Source: Candidatus Midichloria mitochondrii IricVA (GTDB lineage: Bacteria > Pseudomonadota > Alphaproteobacteria > Rickettsiales > Midichloriaceae). Taken from it: a stretch of 32,000 nucleotides of DNA. Location of the stretch: the NCBI RefSeq assembly GCF_000219355.1, contig NC_015722.1, positions 300,001 to 332,000 of the forward strand, read 5' to 3'. The position numbers and the translations under genes are program-made. The notes beneath the pieces are model-generated. The model saw only the letters and a program-made list of their open reading frames with translations. It was not told the DNA's origin and did no database searches. Positions 18,133-26,815 of the stretch are shown here, in pieces. The first letter of the stretch is position 1; the number at the start of each line of letters is the position of its first letter.

Positions 18133-18801
18133 TTGCTCTATACGAAGAATTTGCTTAAAATCCAAAAAAACTCAAATAATGATATGTATAAGCCTAATAG
18201 AGAGCCACTAGATTTTCCTTTTGAAGGGATGGGGCCCTCTTCCCCCAACAAAAAAGCTTTGTTGCATTCTTGTTGTGCCCCTTGTTCAGGAGAGGTTATA
18301 GAAGCAATCGTTGCTTCCGGTATAGATTTAGATTAACCATTTTTTTCTATAATCCTAATATTCATCCTAAAAAAGAATATGAAACGCGAAAAAATGAGAA
18401 TATCAGATACGCAGAGAAGTTGGGTATAGAGTTTGTTGATGCAGGTTACGATGTGCAAAACTGGTTTGAGAGGGCCAAAGGTATGGAAAAGGGACCAGAG
18501 AGAGGCATAAGGTGCACTATGTGTTTTGATATGCGATTTGAAAGGACGGCTCTTTATTGATTGCGGAATAAGAGCTGCGGCAAATTATGAAGGAGTTTCT
18601 TATTGAACCTATAATTGGCGTAAAAATGGGGGAAGTGGTAGAATGTGTGAAATTTCAAAAGAAGAGAATTTTTACAAACAAGAGTATTGCGGCTGTATAT
18701 ATTCGTTTCGGGACACTAATTTCTGGAGTGAAAAAAATGGCAGAGAAAAGATAGCAATATGTGAAAATTTCTATCAAAAAAAGCTGGAACAAGGGTCCTA
18801 A
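18133..18801 (+). pseudogene. queH: Epoxyqueuosine reductase QueH (DUF208), decayed
   Basis: Family blocks lie in three frames: [61 protein letters not shown] and [37 protein letters not shown] frameshift sits at about 18325-18336. Roughly 25 codons are lost after ..RTALY. There is an in-frame TGA at 18604-18606. Confidence 0.75.
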
Positions 18802-18803
18802 AA

Positions 18804-20166
18804 ATGCATGACACAATATTTGCTCTTTCAACAGTTTTAGGAAAGTCAGGCGTTGCAGTCATAAGAATTTCTGGCCCCCAAGCCCGCGCGGTAGCAAAAT
18901 TGATTGGATATGAAAAAGAGTTAGAACATAAAAGGGCTACGTTGGCTACTATATATACCCTAAATAGAGAGCAAGTCCTAGATGAAGTAATTTTGCTTTT
19001 TTTTGCCTCACCGCATAGCTTTAATGGAGAGGATATCTTAGAGATTCATTTACATGGCAGCATTGCGATTATAAATGATGTTTTAGCTGAACTCAGTAAA
19101 GTGACTTTCTTGAGAATTGCAGAGCCTGGAGAATTCACGAAAATTGCCTTTTATAATGGCAAAATGGATTTGGTGAAAGCAGAGGGTCTTGCCGACTTTT
19201 TAGATGCTGAAACTTCCATGCAAAAAATTATTGCTCAAAAGCAGTTGAGAGGAGAATTATCGGACACTTATAATAAATGGCGCACTGATTTAATTGGTGT
19301 TCTATCCCAGCTTGAGGCACTAATAGATTTTCCAGAAGATGATATTCCAGAAGAGGTCCTTGATTGGGCCGCAAAAACTGTGCAGTCTTTAATTGAGGAA
19401 ATTAATTTGCACCTCAGAGGGCATGATCAGGGGGTTTCTATCATGAATGGTATAAATATTGTGATTAGTGGTGCCCCTAATGTTGGTAAGTCAAGTTTAA
19501 TGAATCTGTTAGCTAAAAAAGAAATCGCGATAGTTTCAGATATCGCAGGAACTACGCGTGACGTTATTCAAGTTAAACTTGACTTAGGCGGGTTCGCAGT
19601 TTTGCTTTCTGACACTGCGGGTATTAGAGAAGCGAATGACTTAATAGAGAAGGAAGGGATTAGAAGGGCAAAGCAAGCGATAAAGGAAGCGGATATTAAT
19701 ATTATTGTATTAAATTCTGTTGCCGATTTTATTAGTCATCTCGATAATTTTAGTGATGCAGAGGTAATCTGGATGATTAATAAGGTTGACTTAATGAGCA
19801 GGCAAGATGTAGCAAGCAGTATAAACTTATTAACAGAAAAACTTGCTGAATTTAACAGAGAGGACGAAGTAGGTGCTATTTCAACGGTAAGCGGTTATGG
19901 AATAGATAATTTTTAAATTTACTGCAGAATAAAATAAAAATAAATACCAAGAGGCAGTGTTATCACCTGTTACCACTAGAATAAGGCAGAAAAAAGGCCT
20001 TGAACAATGCCTTACGCACCTGCAGCAATTTAATATTAATAAGAAATTAGAAATTGCTTCTCAAGATGTCAGGATTGCCAGCGAATATATCGGTATGTTG
20101 ACCGGCAAGATAGGGGTTGAAGAAATTCTAGATGAAATATTTAGCAATTTTTGCATTGGTAAGTAG
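18804..20166 (+). pseudogene. mnmE: tRNA modification GTPase MnmE (TrmE), interrupted near the C-terminus by two single-base frameshifts (or homopolymer miscalls)
   Basis: ORF 18804..19916 has the MnmE N-domain (DTIFALSTVLGKSGVAVIRISG) and G-domain (GAPNVGKSSLMN, DIAGTTRD, DTAGIRE, NKVD). ORF 19957..20166 carries the C-terminal helical part ending in the conserved FCIGK. The roughly 40 nt between them is open only in the third frame. Confidence 0.85.
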
Positions 20167-20269
20167 TCACTGCTTATCTGCTCTATCCAGCAATATATTT
20201 GACAAATGATTCAATATTTGAAAATATATTAAATAAATATTGACATAAATTAGCGACAGTTGCACTCGT

Positions 20270-20420
20270 TGCTGGGTGCGCTTGGGTGGCGCTGTCTATG
20301 ATTTCTCATCAAAAATAAGCCCAAAATTTTTGGAGCGGGAGTAATGCTCGGCTATAGGGGGACTGTCGCCCTTAGGCTAACCGCTAAGGTTAACATGCCT
20401 ACCTCCCACGGGGTTTTAGG
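20270..20420 (+). repeat. Unclassified repeat (family 2), copy 2, upstream of IS copy C
   Basis: The core at 20288-20360 aligns with the reverse complement of about 8915-8990. The segment ttaggctaaccgctaaggttaacatgcc (20371-20398) also resembles the reverse complement of 7592-7618 (ataggctaaggcggaggttaacgttag) on the far side of the A1/A2 IS pair. Confidence 0.4.
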
Positions 20421-20563
20421 TAGCTATATGATTTGAGGTCATCTTATGGAAAAGGGGATTTTTGAGCTATCATCCATTCTAAATTCAACGACTTTTGGGG
20501 TGGTTATCAATGGGATTTCAAGCACATGATGCAGCGGGATATTCTGTGTCGTCTGCTCTGGTT

Positions 20564-21181
20564 CTGGATTTGGCAAATCTCTTTCAATTGTCCGATGGCT
20601 GTTTCAATCAATCCACGCCCTTGCAAGAAGTAGTTGTTTAAAAGCCGCAAGCGCGGGTTTTGTTTTTCATGTTTTTCTTAAGCCGTGTGATGAGCTCAAT
20701 ACCTTGATTGCTCAGTGTTTTTGCTTATATACCACCGATCTCCGAATAGAAGGCCTGTCAAATATTGAGTCAGTTTCTCGACAACGGCTCGATCATCTGT
20801 ATTACCCGAAGTCAGTGTGAATGACATAATCTCTCCTTGATCATTGAGGCCAAAGAACCATCCGGGTCGACGTTTTCCCACGCTAAGCGATGCCTTTAAG
20901 GACCTTATTACGGCTAATACGTAAGTTATGACAAACCTTCCAGCTTTTTGTTGAGTCAACGTACCTGTTTGTTTCCCTTTGCAGCAATTCAGCAGAATGA
21001 CCAACGGGATGACCGCGTCTCGCATCAGCTCAACAAAGCGATTGTAGCTGATAAGCTTCGGCAATCCCTCTCTGAGAGAGATTTGAACACAGTTTAGGTA
21101 AAAATCTTTGAATCCGGTAATGCCCTCAAATGAAACAAAACGAGGATCGTTATAACTTCGGAAAGCATCATCCTAGATTCT
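20564..21181 (-). mobile_element. IS982-family element, internal fragment lacking both termini (copy C)
   Basis: It is near-identical in reverse complement to 8180-8700 of copy A2. ORF 20696..21064 translates the same shifted-frame peptide (..GKRRPGWFFGLNDQGEIMSFTLTSGNTDDRAVVEKLTQYLTGLLFGDRWYISK). No terminal repeat is found at either end. Confidence 0.85.
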
Positions 21182-21249
21182 ATAATAATGTCAGTTCAAG
21201 ATAAGATAGAAGGAAAAGTTCTTCATATCTTCTTCATCCTAAACTGCCA

Positions 21250-22458
21250 TTATAATATACAAACTAAATTTGCTACCTTATTTATGAACCATTTAATATA
21301 CCCAAGAGGCACTTCTATATTAAATTCAGCACCAGAAGAAAATTTCATCCCACTAGAGTTAAGGCTCTGATAAATAGTTTTCTGATCATTATATCGAATC
21401 ATCTCTCCTACTATTTCTCCATTCACACTATAAATTACTGTCTCTGCAGGATAGCCATCTAGGGTTTTAGCCGTTCTAATACCTTCCTGGATTAGAATTT
21501 CATCATTTAAAACTCCGCTTTTAATGGCGTGCATACTATGCCTATACTTTTTGTTAATTGTAAGTATCGTATCGGTATCTTGAATCTCAAGAATTCCCAT
21601 ACCAAGAGTACCTTTATTAGATTTTAGAAATAAATATGGAGATACTGTGATATTATGGTCTGCGTATGTAGTTTTTATCCTACTAATAATTTGGTCTGCG
21701 GTGCCTTTTAACTCTTTTAACCCTATTTTATCGCGGAAATTAACGCCACCCACGGTATCAAATTCAGCAGAAATTAAAAATGGATCAATTTTAATTATTT
21801 GTGATGCCTCTTCTATCAATTCATTATATATTTTAAAATGATTAGATTTTTTTCTGCTATGCCATCCGTGTTGTGGATCGGGTAGGATTTTTTGTTCAAT
21901 ATTTTCTAATTCCTCTGGAAATGCTTCGGTTAAGTCATTGTTCAACAATATAAAGTCTGGATACCAATCGCTAGCTCCATCAGTTATAAAAACTTTACCA
22001 GATTTTCTTTGTAGGGCGTGAGTGAATGTTGTAGGCCCTTCTTCTGCTTTAATAAACTTATTAGCCACATCTCCAATAGTTGCTAATTTGATTTCAGCGT
22101 TAGTTGCACTTGAAATTATGGATTGTAATTGCAAGACATTATTAAAATAAGCGTAATTACGAGTGAAATTTTCAATAACTATGAGTATTTTTTGATACTG
22201 CGCTAAAATTTTCTTAAAGTTTTGAATCGATTCCTGGATGCCGTTAATAGATAAATTATGAAAACCACCAGGAAATAAATTGCTGTCAACATGACATATT
22301 TTATAATTCGAAATTCTCAAATCTAGAGAATGGTAAATTGGCCAGTTTCTTCCATCTCTTTTTTCTTCAATCCAGTCTTGAATTTGAGAGAGGCTACTTT
22401 TTATGACGCTATTAAGCGCGTTTAAATCTGCCGACATCACAGCTTGAGTTGGTAACAA
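21250..22458 (-). CDS. gshA: Probable glutamate-cysteine ligase of the rare 'GshA' family (Pfam GshA / Acidithiobacillus ferrooxidans type)
   Basis: 402-aa ORF. YHSLDLRISNYKICHVDSNLFPGGFHNL resembles the ..LDLRNAGFK..PVDTNLFP.GFNNL block I associate with this family. Length fits the family, and a GST-family gene lies 2 genes downstream. The call is from memory of motifs only. Confidence 0.5.
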   Translation of the reverse strand: MLPTQAVMSADLNALNSVIKSSLSQIQDWIEEKRDGRNWPIYHSLDLRISNYKICHVDSNLFPGGFHNLSINGIQESIQNFKKILAQYQKILIVIENFTRNYAYFNNVLQLQSIISSATNAEIKLATIGDVANKFIKAEEGPTTFTHALQRKSGKVFITDGASDWYPDFILLNNDLTEAFPEELENIEQKILPDPQHGWHSRKKSNHFKIYNELIEEASQIIKIDPFLISAEFDTVGGVNFRDKIGLKELKGTADQIISRIKTTYADHNITVSPYLFLKSNKGTLGMGILEIQDTDTILTINKKYRHSMHAIKSGVLNDEILIQEGIRTAKTLDGYPAETVIYSVNGEIVGEMIRYNDQKTIYQSLNSSGMKFSSGAEFNIEVPLGYIKWFINKVANLVCIL

Positions 22459-22485
22459 AATTATACCTCAAAATTAAGTAATTAA

Positions 22486-23202
22486 TTATAAAAAGAATGA
22501 CTGCACCACCGAAATCGCTGATATAACAGCAGTTTCAGCACGTAATATGTTATGATTTAGGCACACCGCCCTCACCTCTTGTTTTGAGAGTAAAAATTCT
22601 CTTTCGTTATCAGTAAAACCGCCTTCCGGCCCTACAAGAACTAGTATAGCACAAAAATCTTTATCTAGCACATCAAATATACTAGCATTACGTTCTTGCT
22701 CATCGCAGAAAATCGCTAAGTCATATTTATTATCAAATAATTTACTGAGACCAACGGGTTGTAATATGTCAGGAAGATCTACCCTTTCTGATTGCTCTGC
22801 AGCTTCAATTGCTATTGAGAGTAATTTTTCATTATTAATACTTCTCACTATAGTTCGATCGGTAAGCACAGGTGTAATTTGATTAATGCCAAGCTCAGTA
22901 GCTTTTTGTATAATTAAACTATTATTGTCTCCCTTTAATGGAGAAAAAGCTAGAGTTAAATGCCTTCTAATCTCTACCTTCTCTTTGGACAAGGCTGTTA
23001 TTTCCAGGGTCAAACTCTTTTTGGTGATCTGACGAATGCTTGTTATAAATTCTCCGTTTTGGCTATTGAAGACGACTACTTCATCTCCAAGCCTTTTTCG
23101 CATGACGTTAATTAAATAATTGTAGGATTTACCCGACAATTCCAGTATCTCATCAGTCGCAAGGTTAGCGCTGATATAAAGCCTTACCAAAGACTTTGCC
23201 AT
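22486..23202 (-). CDS. rsmE: 16S rRNA (uracil1498-N3)-methyltransferase RsmE
   Basis: 238-aa ORF with an N-terminal PUA-like region (RLYISANL...VMRKRLGDEVVVFNSQNGEF). The SPOUT C-terminus contains LAFSPLKGDNNSLIIQKATELGINQITPV, LVGPEGGFTDNE and ILRAETA. Confidence 0.85.
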   Translation of the reverse strand: MAKSLVRLYISANLATDEILELSGKSYNYLINVMRKRLGDEVVVFNSQNGEFITSIRQITKKSLTLEITALSKEKVEIRRHLTLAFSPLKGDNNSLIIQKATELGINQITPVLTDRTIVRSINNEKLLSIAIEAAEQSERVDLPDILQPVGLSKLFDNKYDLAIFCDEQERNASIFDVLDKDFCAILVLVGPEGGFTDNEREFLLSKQEVRAVCLNHNILRAETAVISAISVVQSFFL

Positions 23203-23205
23203 TTT

Positions 23206-23895
23206 TTAAAAATCAGGATTTTCATAATGAGAAGATTTGTACAAGCCAGGTACTTCGTCATTTAAAATATCTCTAAATGAGGGCCTAGACTTTACTAAAG
23301 CATACCATGATTTCACCGCAACGCTATATTCCCAAGGTACATCTCCCATATAGTCTAAAACTGATAACTGAGCAGCAGCAGAAAAATCTGCTAAGCCGAC
23401 TTTCTCGCCCGTTATATAATCGCCACAATTTTTCTTTAACAAAAAGTCTATATAATCTAAGTGCAGCAATATATTTTTTTTAGCCGCTCTAATTGCAGAA
23501 GAATTCGGCGGCATAGAATTAAAATTAATTGAAGCATTTTTAATAACCTTTTCTTCAATTAAATATTTAGTAACTTCATTATAAAACTTAGTATCAAACC
23601 ATTCAGCTATATTTCTTACCTGATATTGACTTTGGTAGTCAAAAGGCAAAATAGCTTGTTCGAGGAAATTTTGTTCAATAAATTCAAATAGAGAAAAATT
23701 TCCATAATATACTTTATTATTTTCTTTATTTAAGAGTACCGGCGTGCTTCCACTTGGGTTTAAGCTTAAAAAGGATTTTCTGCGCTCCCAATATTTTTCT
23801 AAAACTAGTTCGAATTGCACCCCTTTTTCTTTTAAAATAATTCGAATTTTTCTTGAAAAAGGGCACAAAGGATAATGGTACAAAATCCAGCTCAT
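23206..23895 (-). CDS. Glutathione S-transferase family protein
   Basis: 229-aa ORF with a thioredoxin-like N-domain (ILYHYPLCPFSRKIRIILKEKGVQFELV...NPSGSTPVL) and a helical C-domain. It lies 3 nt upstream of rsmE and overlaps ispH by 4 nt. Confidence 0.75.
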   Translation of the reverse strand: MSWILYHYPLCPFSRKIRIILKEKGVQFELVLEKYWERRKSFLSLNPSGSTPVLLNKENNKVYYGNFSLFEFIEQNFLEQAILPFDYQSQYQVRNIAEWFDTKFYNEVTKYLIEEKVIKNASINFNSMPPNSSAIRAAKKNILLHLDYIDFLLKKNCGDYITGEKVGLADFSAAAQLSVLDYMGDVPWEYSVAVKSWYALVKSRPSFRDILNDEVPGLYKSSHYENPDF

Positions 23896-24845
23896 AAGTC
23901 TTCTAATTCTCTTGGAATTTTAAATTTTAAATTTTCAACTACGCCATCCACTTCTTCTAACACAATTTGATGGTATTTACTAAGCAAATCTAGAACCTGT
24001 TTTAACAAGACCTCTGGAGCAGAAGCGCCAGCCGTGATTCCTACCGCCTGTTTGCCCTCAAACCAATCTAAATTGATTTGCGTTTCATCAGCAATTAAAT
24101 AAGATGCAACTCCCTGTGATTCCCCTAGATCTCTTAATCTACTTGAGTTAGAACTATTTGTTGCTCCAATAACCAACAGAACATCAATATATTTTGCCAT
24201 TTCTTTAATAGCATCTTGTCTATTTTGAGTTGCATAACAAATATCTTTTAAGGCAGGCCCGTCTATATCGGTATATCTTTCATATAAAGTATTAACGAGA
24301 TTTTTTGTATCGTCTATACTAAGCGTAGTTTGAGTTACATATGCCAATTTTTCATCAGATTTGAAAGGAAGGTTTTCTATTTGCTCTAAATCCTCCACTA
24401 ATACAACTTGATCAGCTGCGACCCTTCCACTAGTTCCCTCAATCTCAGGGTGATTCTTGTGTCCTATTAATACTAGCTTCCTTCCGGAAGCCACATATTT
24501 TTGTGCTTCTCTATGAACTTTTTTTACCAATGGGCATGTAGCATCTAATATATAAAGTTCTTTATATTTTGCATCATCTTCAACTTTTTTAGAAACACCA
24601 TGAGCAGAGAAGATTACTACTGCCCCATTTGGAATTGATTCTATATCATCAGTAAAAATAGCCCCTTTGTCTTTTAAAGAATTAACAACATATCTGTTGT
24701 GTACAATTTCATGCTTTATATATACAGGAGCCCCATATTTTTTTAAAGCACGCTCCACAATTTCTATAGCTCTCTCAACCCCTGCACAAAACCCCCGTGG
24801 GTTAGCCAAAACAACTTTAATTTGCCGTTTTACCGGTTCCATTGG
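23892..24845 (-). CDS. ispH: 4-hydroxy-3-methylbut-2-enyl diphosphate reductase IspH (LytB)
   Basis: The ORF runs to 24887, but the likely start is MEPVKRQIKVVLANPRGFCAGVERAI (Met at 24845), by comparison with the IspH N-terminus (..LANPRGFCAGV). Further motifs are SAHGVS, DATCPLV.KVH and TQTT.S. Confidence 0.9.
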   Translation of the reverse strand, partial: PMEPVKRQIKVVLANPRGFCAGVERAIEIVERALKKYGAPVYIKHEIVHNRYVVNSLKDKGAIFTDDIESIPNGAVVIFSAHGVSKKVEDDAKYKELYILDATCPLVKKVHREAQKYVASGRKLVLIGHKNHPEIEGTSGRVAADQVVLVEDLEQIENLPFKSDEKLAYVTQTTLSIDDTKNLVNTLYERYTDIDGPALKDICYATQNRQDAIKEMAKYIDVLLVIGATNSSNSSRLRDLGESQGVASYLIADETQINLDWFEGKQAVGITAGASAPEVLLKQVLDLLSKYHQIVLEEVDGVVENLKFKIPRELEDL

Positions 24846-25530
24846 TACTCGGAAGTTTAAACAATAGTGCCAAGAGATACGACACAATATAAATGAAAAA
24901 GCCTGAAAAGACTATATCGCTCGCAAAATGTTTGCCAAATGCCATACGCCCTATCCCCACTAACAGTCCCAAAATAGTTATATATAAAATAGCTTTTCTT
25001 CTCTTCTTTTGATTTTCAATTAGGAACGCTAGTGAGAACAACATAAAGATCGCAGCAGCATGTCCAGAAACAAAAGAGCAGTTTTTACTACATTGATCGC
25101 TTAGAGTAAAAGCAGGAGTAAATTTTTTATATCCCTTGAATTCTTCAATAGATTCGGGTCTCGCTCGACAAAAAATTCCATCTTTCATTGTGTTAACCAA
25201 TAAAAGAGGACCTATTAGAGTCGCAAGTACTATATAAATTACAGGAAGATAGTGCTTATAATGAAACGATTGATTTTGCTTATATAATCTTAATGAAAAA
25301 AAGAATATAAAGGCCACAAACAAAACTGGAACTATATAAACAGCTCCATAATCCAATAAAAGCATTCCCGGATTAAAATTCTTCAAATAATAACCCTGGT
25401 TTTTAAAGCCAACATCAGAATTATAAAAAAGAGATGCTAAGTATAAATCTATCTCCGGAAAGTAAAAAAATAATCCTCCTAAAAAAAAGCAAAAAGCTAC
25501 AACCAAGGAGAAGTGTTTCATGCTCAGCAA
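24817..25530 (-). CDS. PAP2-family membrane lipid phosphatase
   Basis: 237-aa polytopic ORF with the three PAP2 motifs: KDGIFCRARP (K..RP), SFVSGH (SGH) and GRMAFGKHFASD (SR..H..D-like). It overlaps the ispH start region by about 29 nt. Confidence 0.6.
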   Translation of the reverse strand: MLSMKHFSLVVAFCFFLGGLFFYFPEIDLYLASLFYNSDVGFKNQGYYLKNFNPGMLLLDYGAVYIVPVLFVAFIFFFSLRLYKQNQSFHYKHYLPVIYIVLATLIGPLLLVNTMKDGIFCRARPESIEEFKGYKKFTPAFTLSDQCSKNCSFVSGHAAAIFMLFSLAFLIENQKKRRKAILYITILGLLVGIGRMAFGKHFASDIVFSGFFIYIVSYLLALLFKLPSTNGTGKTAN

Positions 25531-25534
25531 AAAT

Positions 25535-25810
25535 TTATGCAGCTCTAGCTTCGAGAGATTTAACTTTTTTAGCGAGTTTGCTAACTTTTCTAGCTGCGGT
25601 ATTTAACTTTAAAACGCCCTTCGTGACACTTTTCATAATTTCCGATTCAGCTACTCTAAGAGATTGAACTGAACTCTCAAAACTCCCGTTATTTATAGCA
25701 GCGACAACTTTATTTGAGAATGTTTTAACCCTGCTCTTGACGGAAGAATTTCTTGCAGCCCTTACAACAGACTGTTTGTGAGCTTTCAGAGCTGATTTAT
25801 GATTTGCCAT
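25535..25810 (-). CDS. rpsT: 30S ribosomal protein S20
   Basis: 91-aa basic ORF reading MANHKSALKAHKQSVVRAARNSSVKSRVKTF..., the canonical S20 N-terminus. Confidence 0.9.
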   Translation of the reverse strand: MANHKSALKAHKQSVVRAARNSSVKSRVKTFSNKVVAAINNGSFESSVQSLRVAESEIMKSVTKGVLKLNTAARKVSKLAKKVKSLEARAA

Positions 25811-26164
25811 ACAACGTAAAAAAAACTAAAAAATTCTCAGCTTATGATATATTTATTAAGGAAATAGTCAAGCTAAATTTGCTAGCTTGCCATAATTAGA
25901 TATAATTTTTATTTAGTTTACACTCTAACAACTCAAATAATCTGAAAGATTACTAGTTATACCAAGATCATCATAGATACGAAAATCTTCTGAAACACTT
26001 CGAATAGTTGCACCACTACAATCCGTTTCTACTTCGCAGCCAGCTGCTCCACTGCCACAAATCATTGGAAAAATTGTTATCTAAAGATGAGGCAACTATT
26101 AATTTATTTAAGACCCCATCTTCATAAACCAATCCATATTTACCGTAGATACTCGCTTTAATAG

Positions 26165-26512
26165 CCTCAGTTTGACGTAAGGAGTAGGCCCCCCCGGCGA
26201 GCCTATTTTCCATGAGATGTATCGGGTTGAAGACATAAGCCAAGAGCCACCCCGAGAAGAGGTCTGTTAAGAAATTGTTTGGCGAGCGACGCCGTGGTGT
26301 GCTGGATTTGGCAATTCCTCTCTGAGAGAGATTTGAAAACAGTTTAGGTAAAAATCTTTGAATCCGGTAATGCCCTCAAATGAAACAAAACGAGGATCGT
26401 TATAACTTCGGAAAGCATCATCCCAGACTCTCGTTCCCTTTGTCTCTGCGAGTTTCTTAAGGATCTTTGGTACGTGAGTTGTCGCTTGCAAAAATCATCT
26501 CAAACTGGGGTT
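26165..26512 (-). mobile_element. MITE-like internally deleted derivative of the IS982-family element (copy D), retaining both terminal repeats
   Basis: The left boundary is CCTCAGTTTGACG (reverse complement of the right end). The right boundary is ..TCAAACTGGGGTT (reverse complement of the left end). The 3' part (26165-26310) is joined directly to the 5' coding part at ..ggatttggcaa|ttcctctctg.. The roughly 90-nt 5' leader is also deleted (..aaaaatcatc|tcaaactgggg). Confidence 0.8.
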
Positions 26513-26815
26513 AATTATCCAAGTGAAGTTCCGGTAACTTCAACCCCCTTATTAAAACTGCTGCGGCTTCTCACACCTCTTCAGCAGTAACATTTAAACA
26601 AAATAATACACACATAAGTGTATCCCCCGGCTCCTACCGAACATAATTTTTGATCTAGTGGTCGGCCCTTTAAACGCATGAGAAGCCTCATCATCGAAAC
26701 CTCGATAAGCATCAATTCCCTCTATTCCTCCAAAAACCAGCTTTTTTACCTAAGAGATCTTTGGCAACTTCAACTACATGCCGATTATAAAATTCATAAG
26801 GTAATTTTTAGACAT
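26513..26815 (-). pseudogene. 3-methyladenine DNA glycosylase (MPG/AAG family) remnant: N-terminal half only, frameshifted and truncated by IS copy D
   Basis: Reverse-strand reading gives MSKN / LPYEFYNRHVVEVAKDLLGKK / LVFGGIEGIDAYRGFDDEASHAFKGPTTRSKIMFGRSRGIHLCVY / CLNVTAEEV*EAAAVLIRGL in successive frames. This matches the FY.r....vA..LLGk.Lv...E.EAY.G..D.AsHa..G.T.Rn..MFg..G..YvY...cLNv....g.aaAVLIR pattern. The sequence runs straight into the IS terminal repeat at 26512. Confidence 0.6.

Noticed and set aside
18604-18606. Possible TGA=Trp recoding, because the in-frame TGA in queH falls at a position where the family has Trp.
   Set aside because: TGA is used as an ordinary stop elsewhere in the window (for example 72-74). 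Trp is encoded by TGG in the intact genes. The in-frame TGA in the mpg remnant falls at a Gly position. queH has other disabling lesions. A simple TGG>TGA nonsense mutation is more likely.
20275-20560. Possible group II intron 5' end, from GTGCG at about 20275 followed by GC-richer, hairpin-containing sequence.
   Set aside because: No domain V-like sequence, no reverse-transcriptase/maturase ORF and no matching 3' end are present. The homologous copy at 8873-9010 does not conserve the GTGCG start. Evidence is insufficient.
21188-21370. 60-aa ORF on the plus strand between IS copy C and gshA.
   Set aside because: It overlaps the 3' end of gshA antisense and has no motif. It is likely spurious.
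26016-26243. 75-aa ORF on the minus strand, and the tract 25960-26164 considered as the missing C-terminal half of mpg on the far side of IS copy D.
   Set aside because: The ORF's N-terminal part is translated from IS sequence. The remainder (..YGKYGLVYEDGVLNKLIVASSLDNNFSNDLWQW..) shows no MPG-family or other motif that I recognise.
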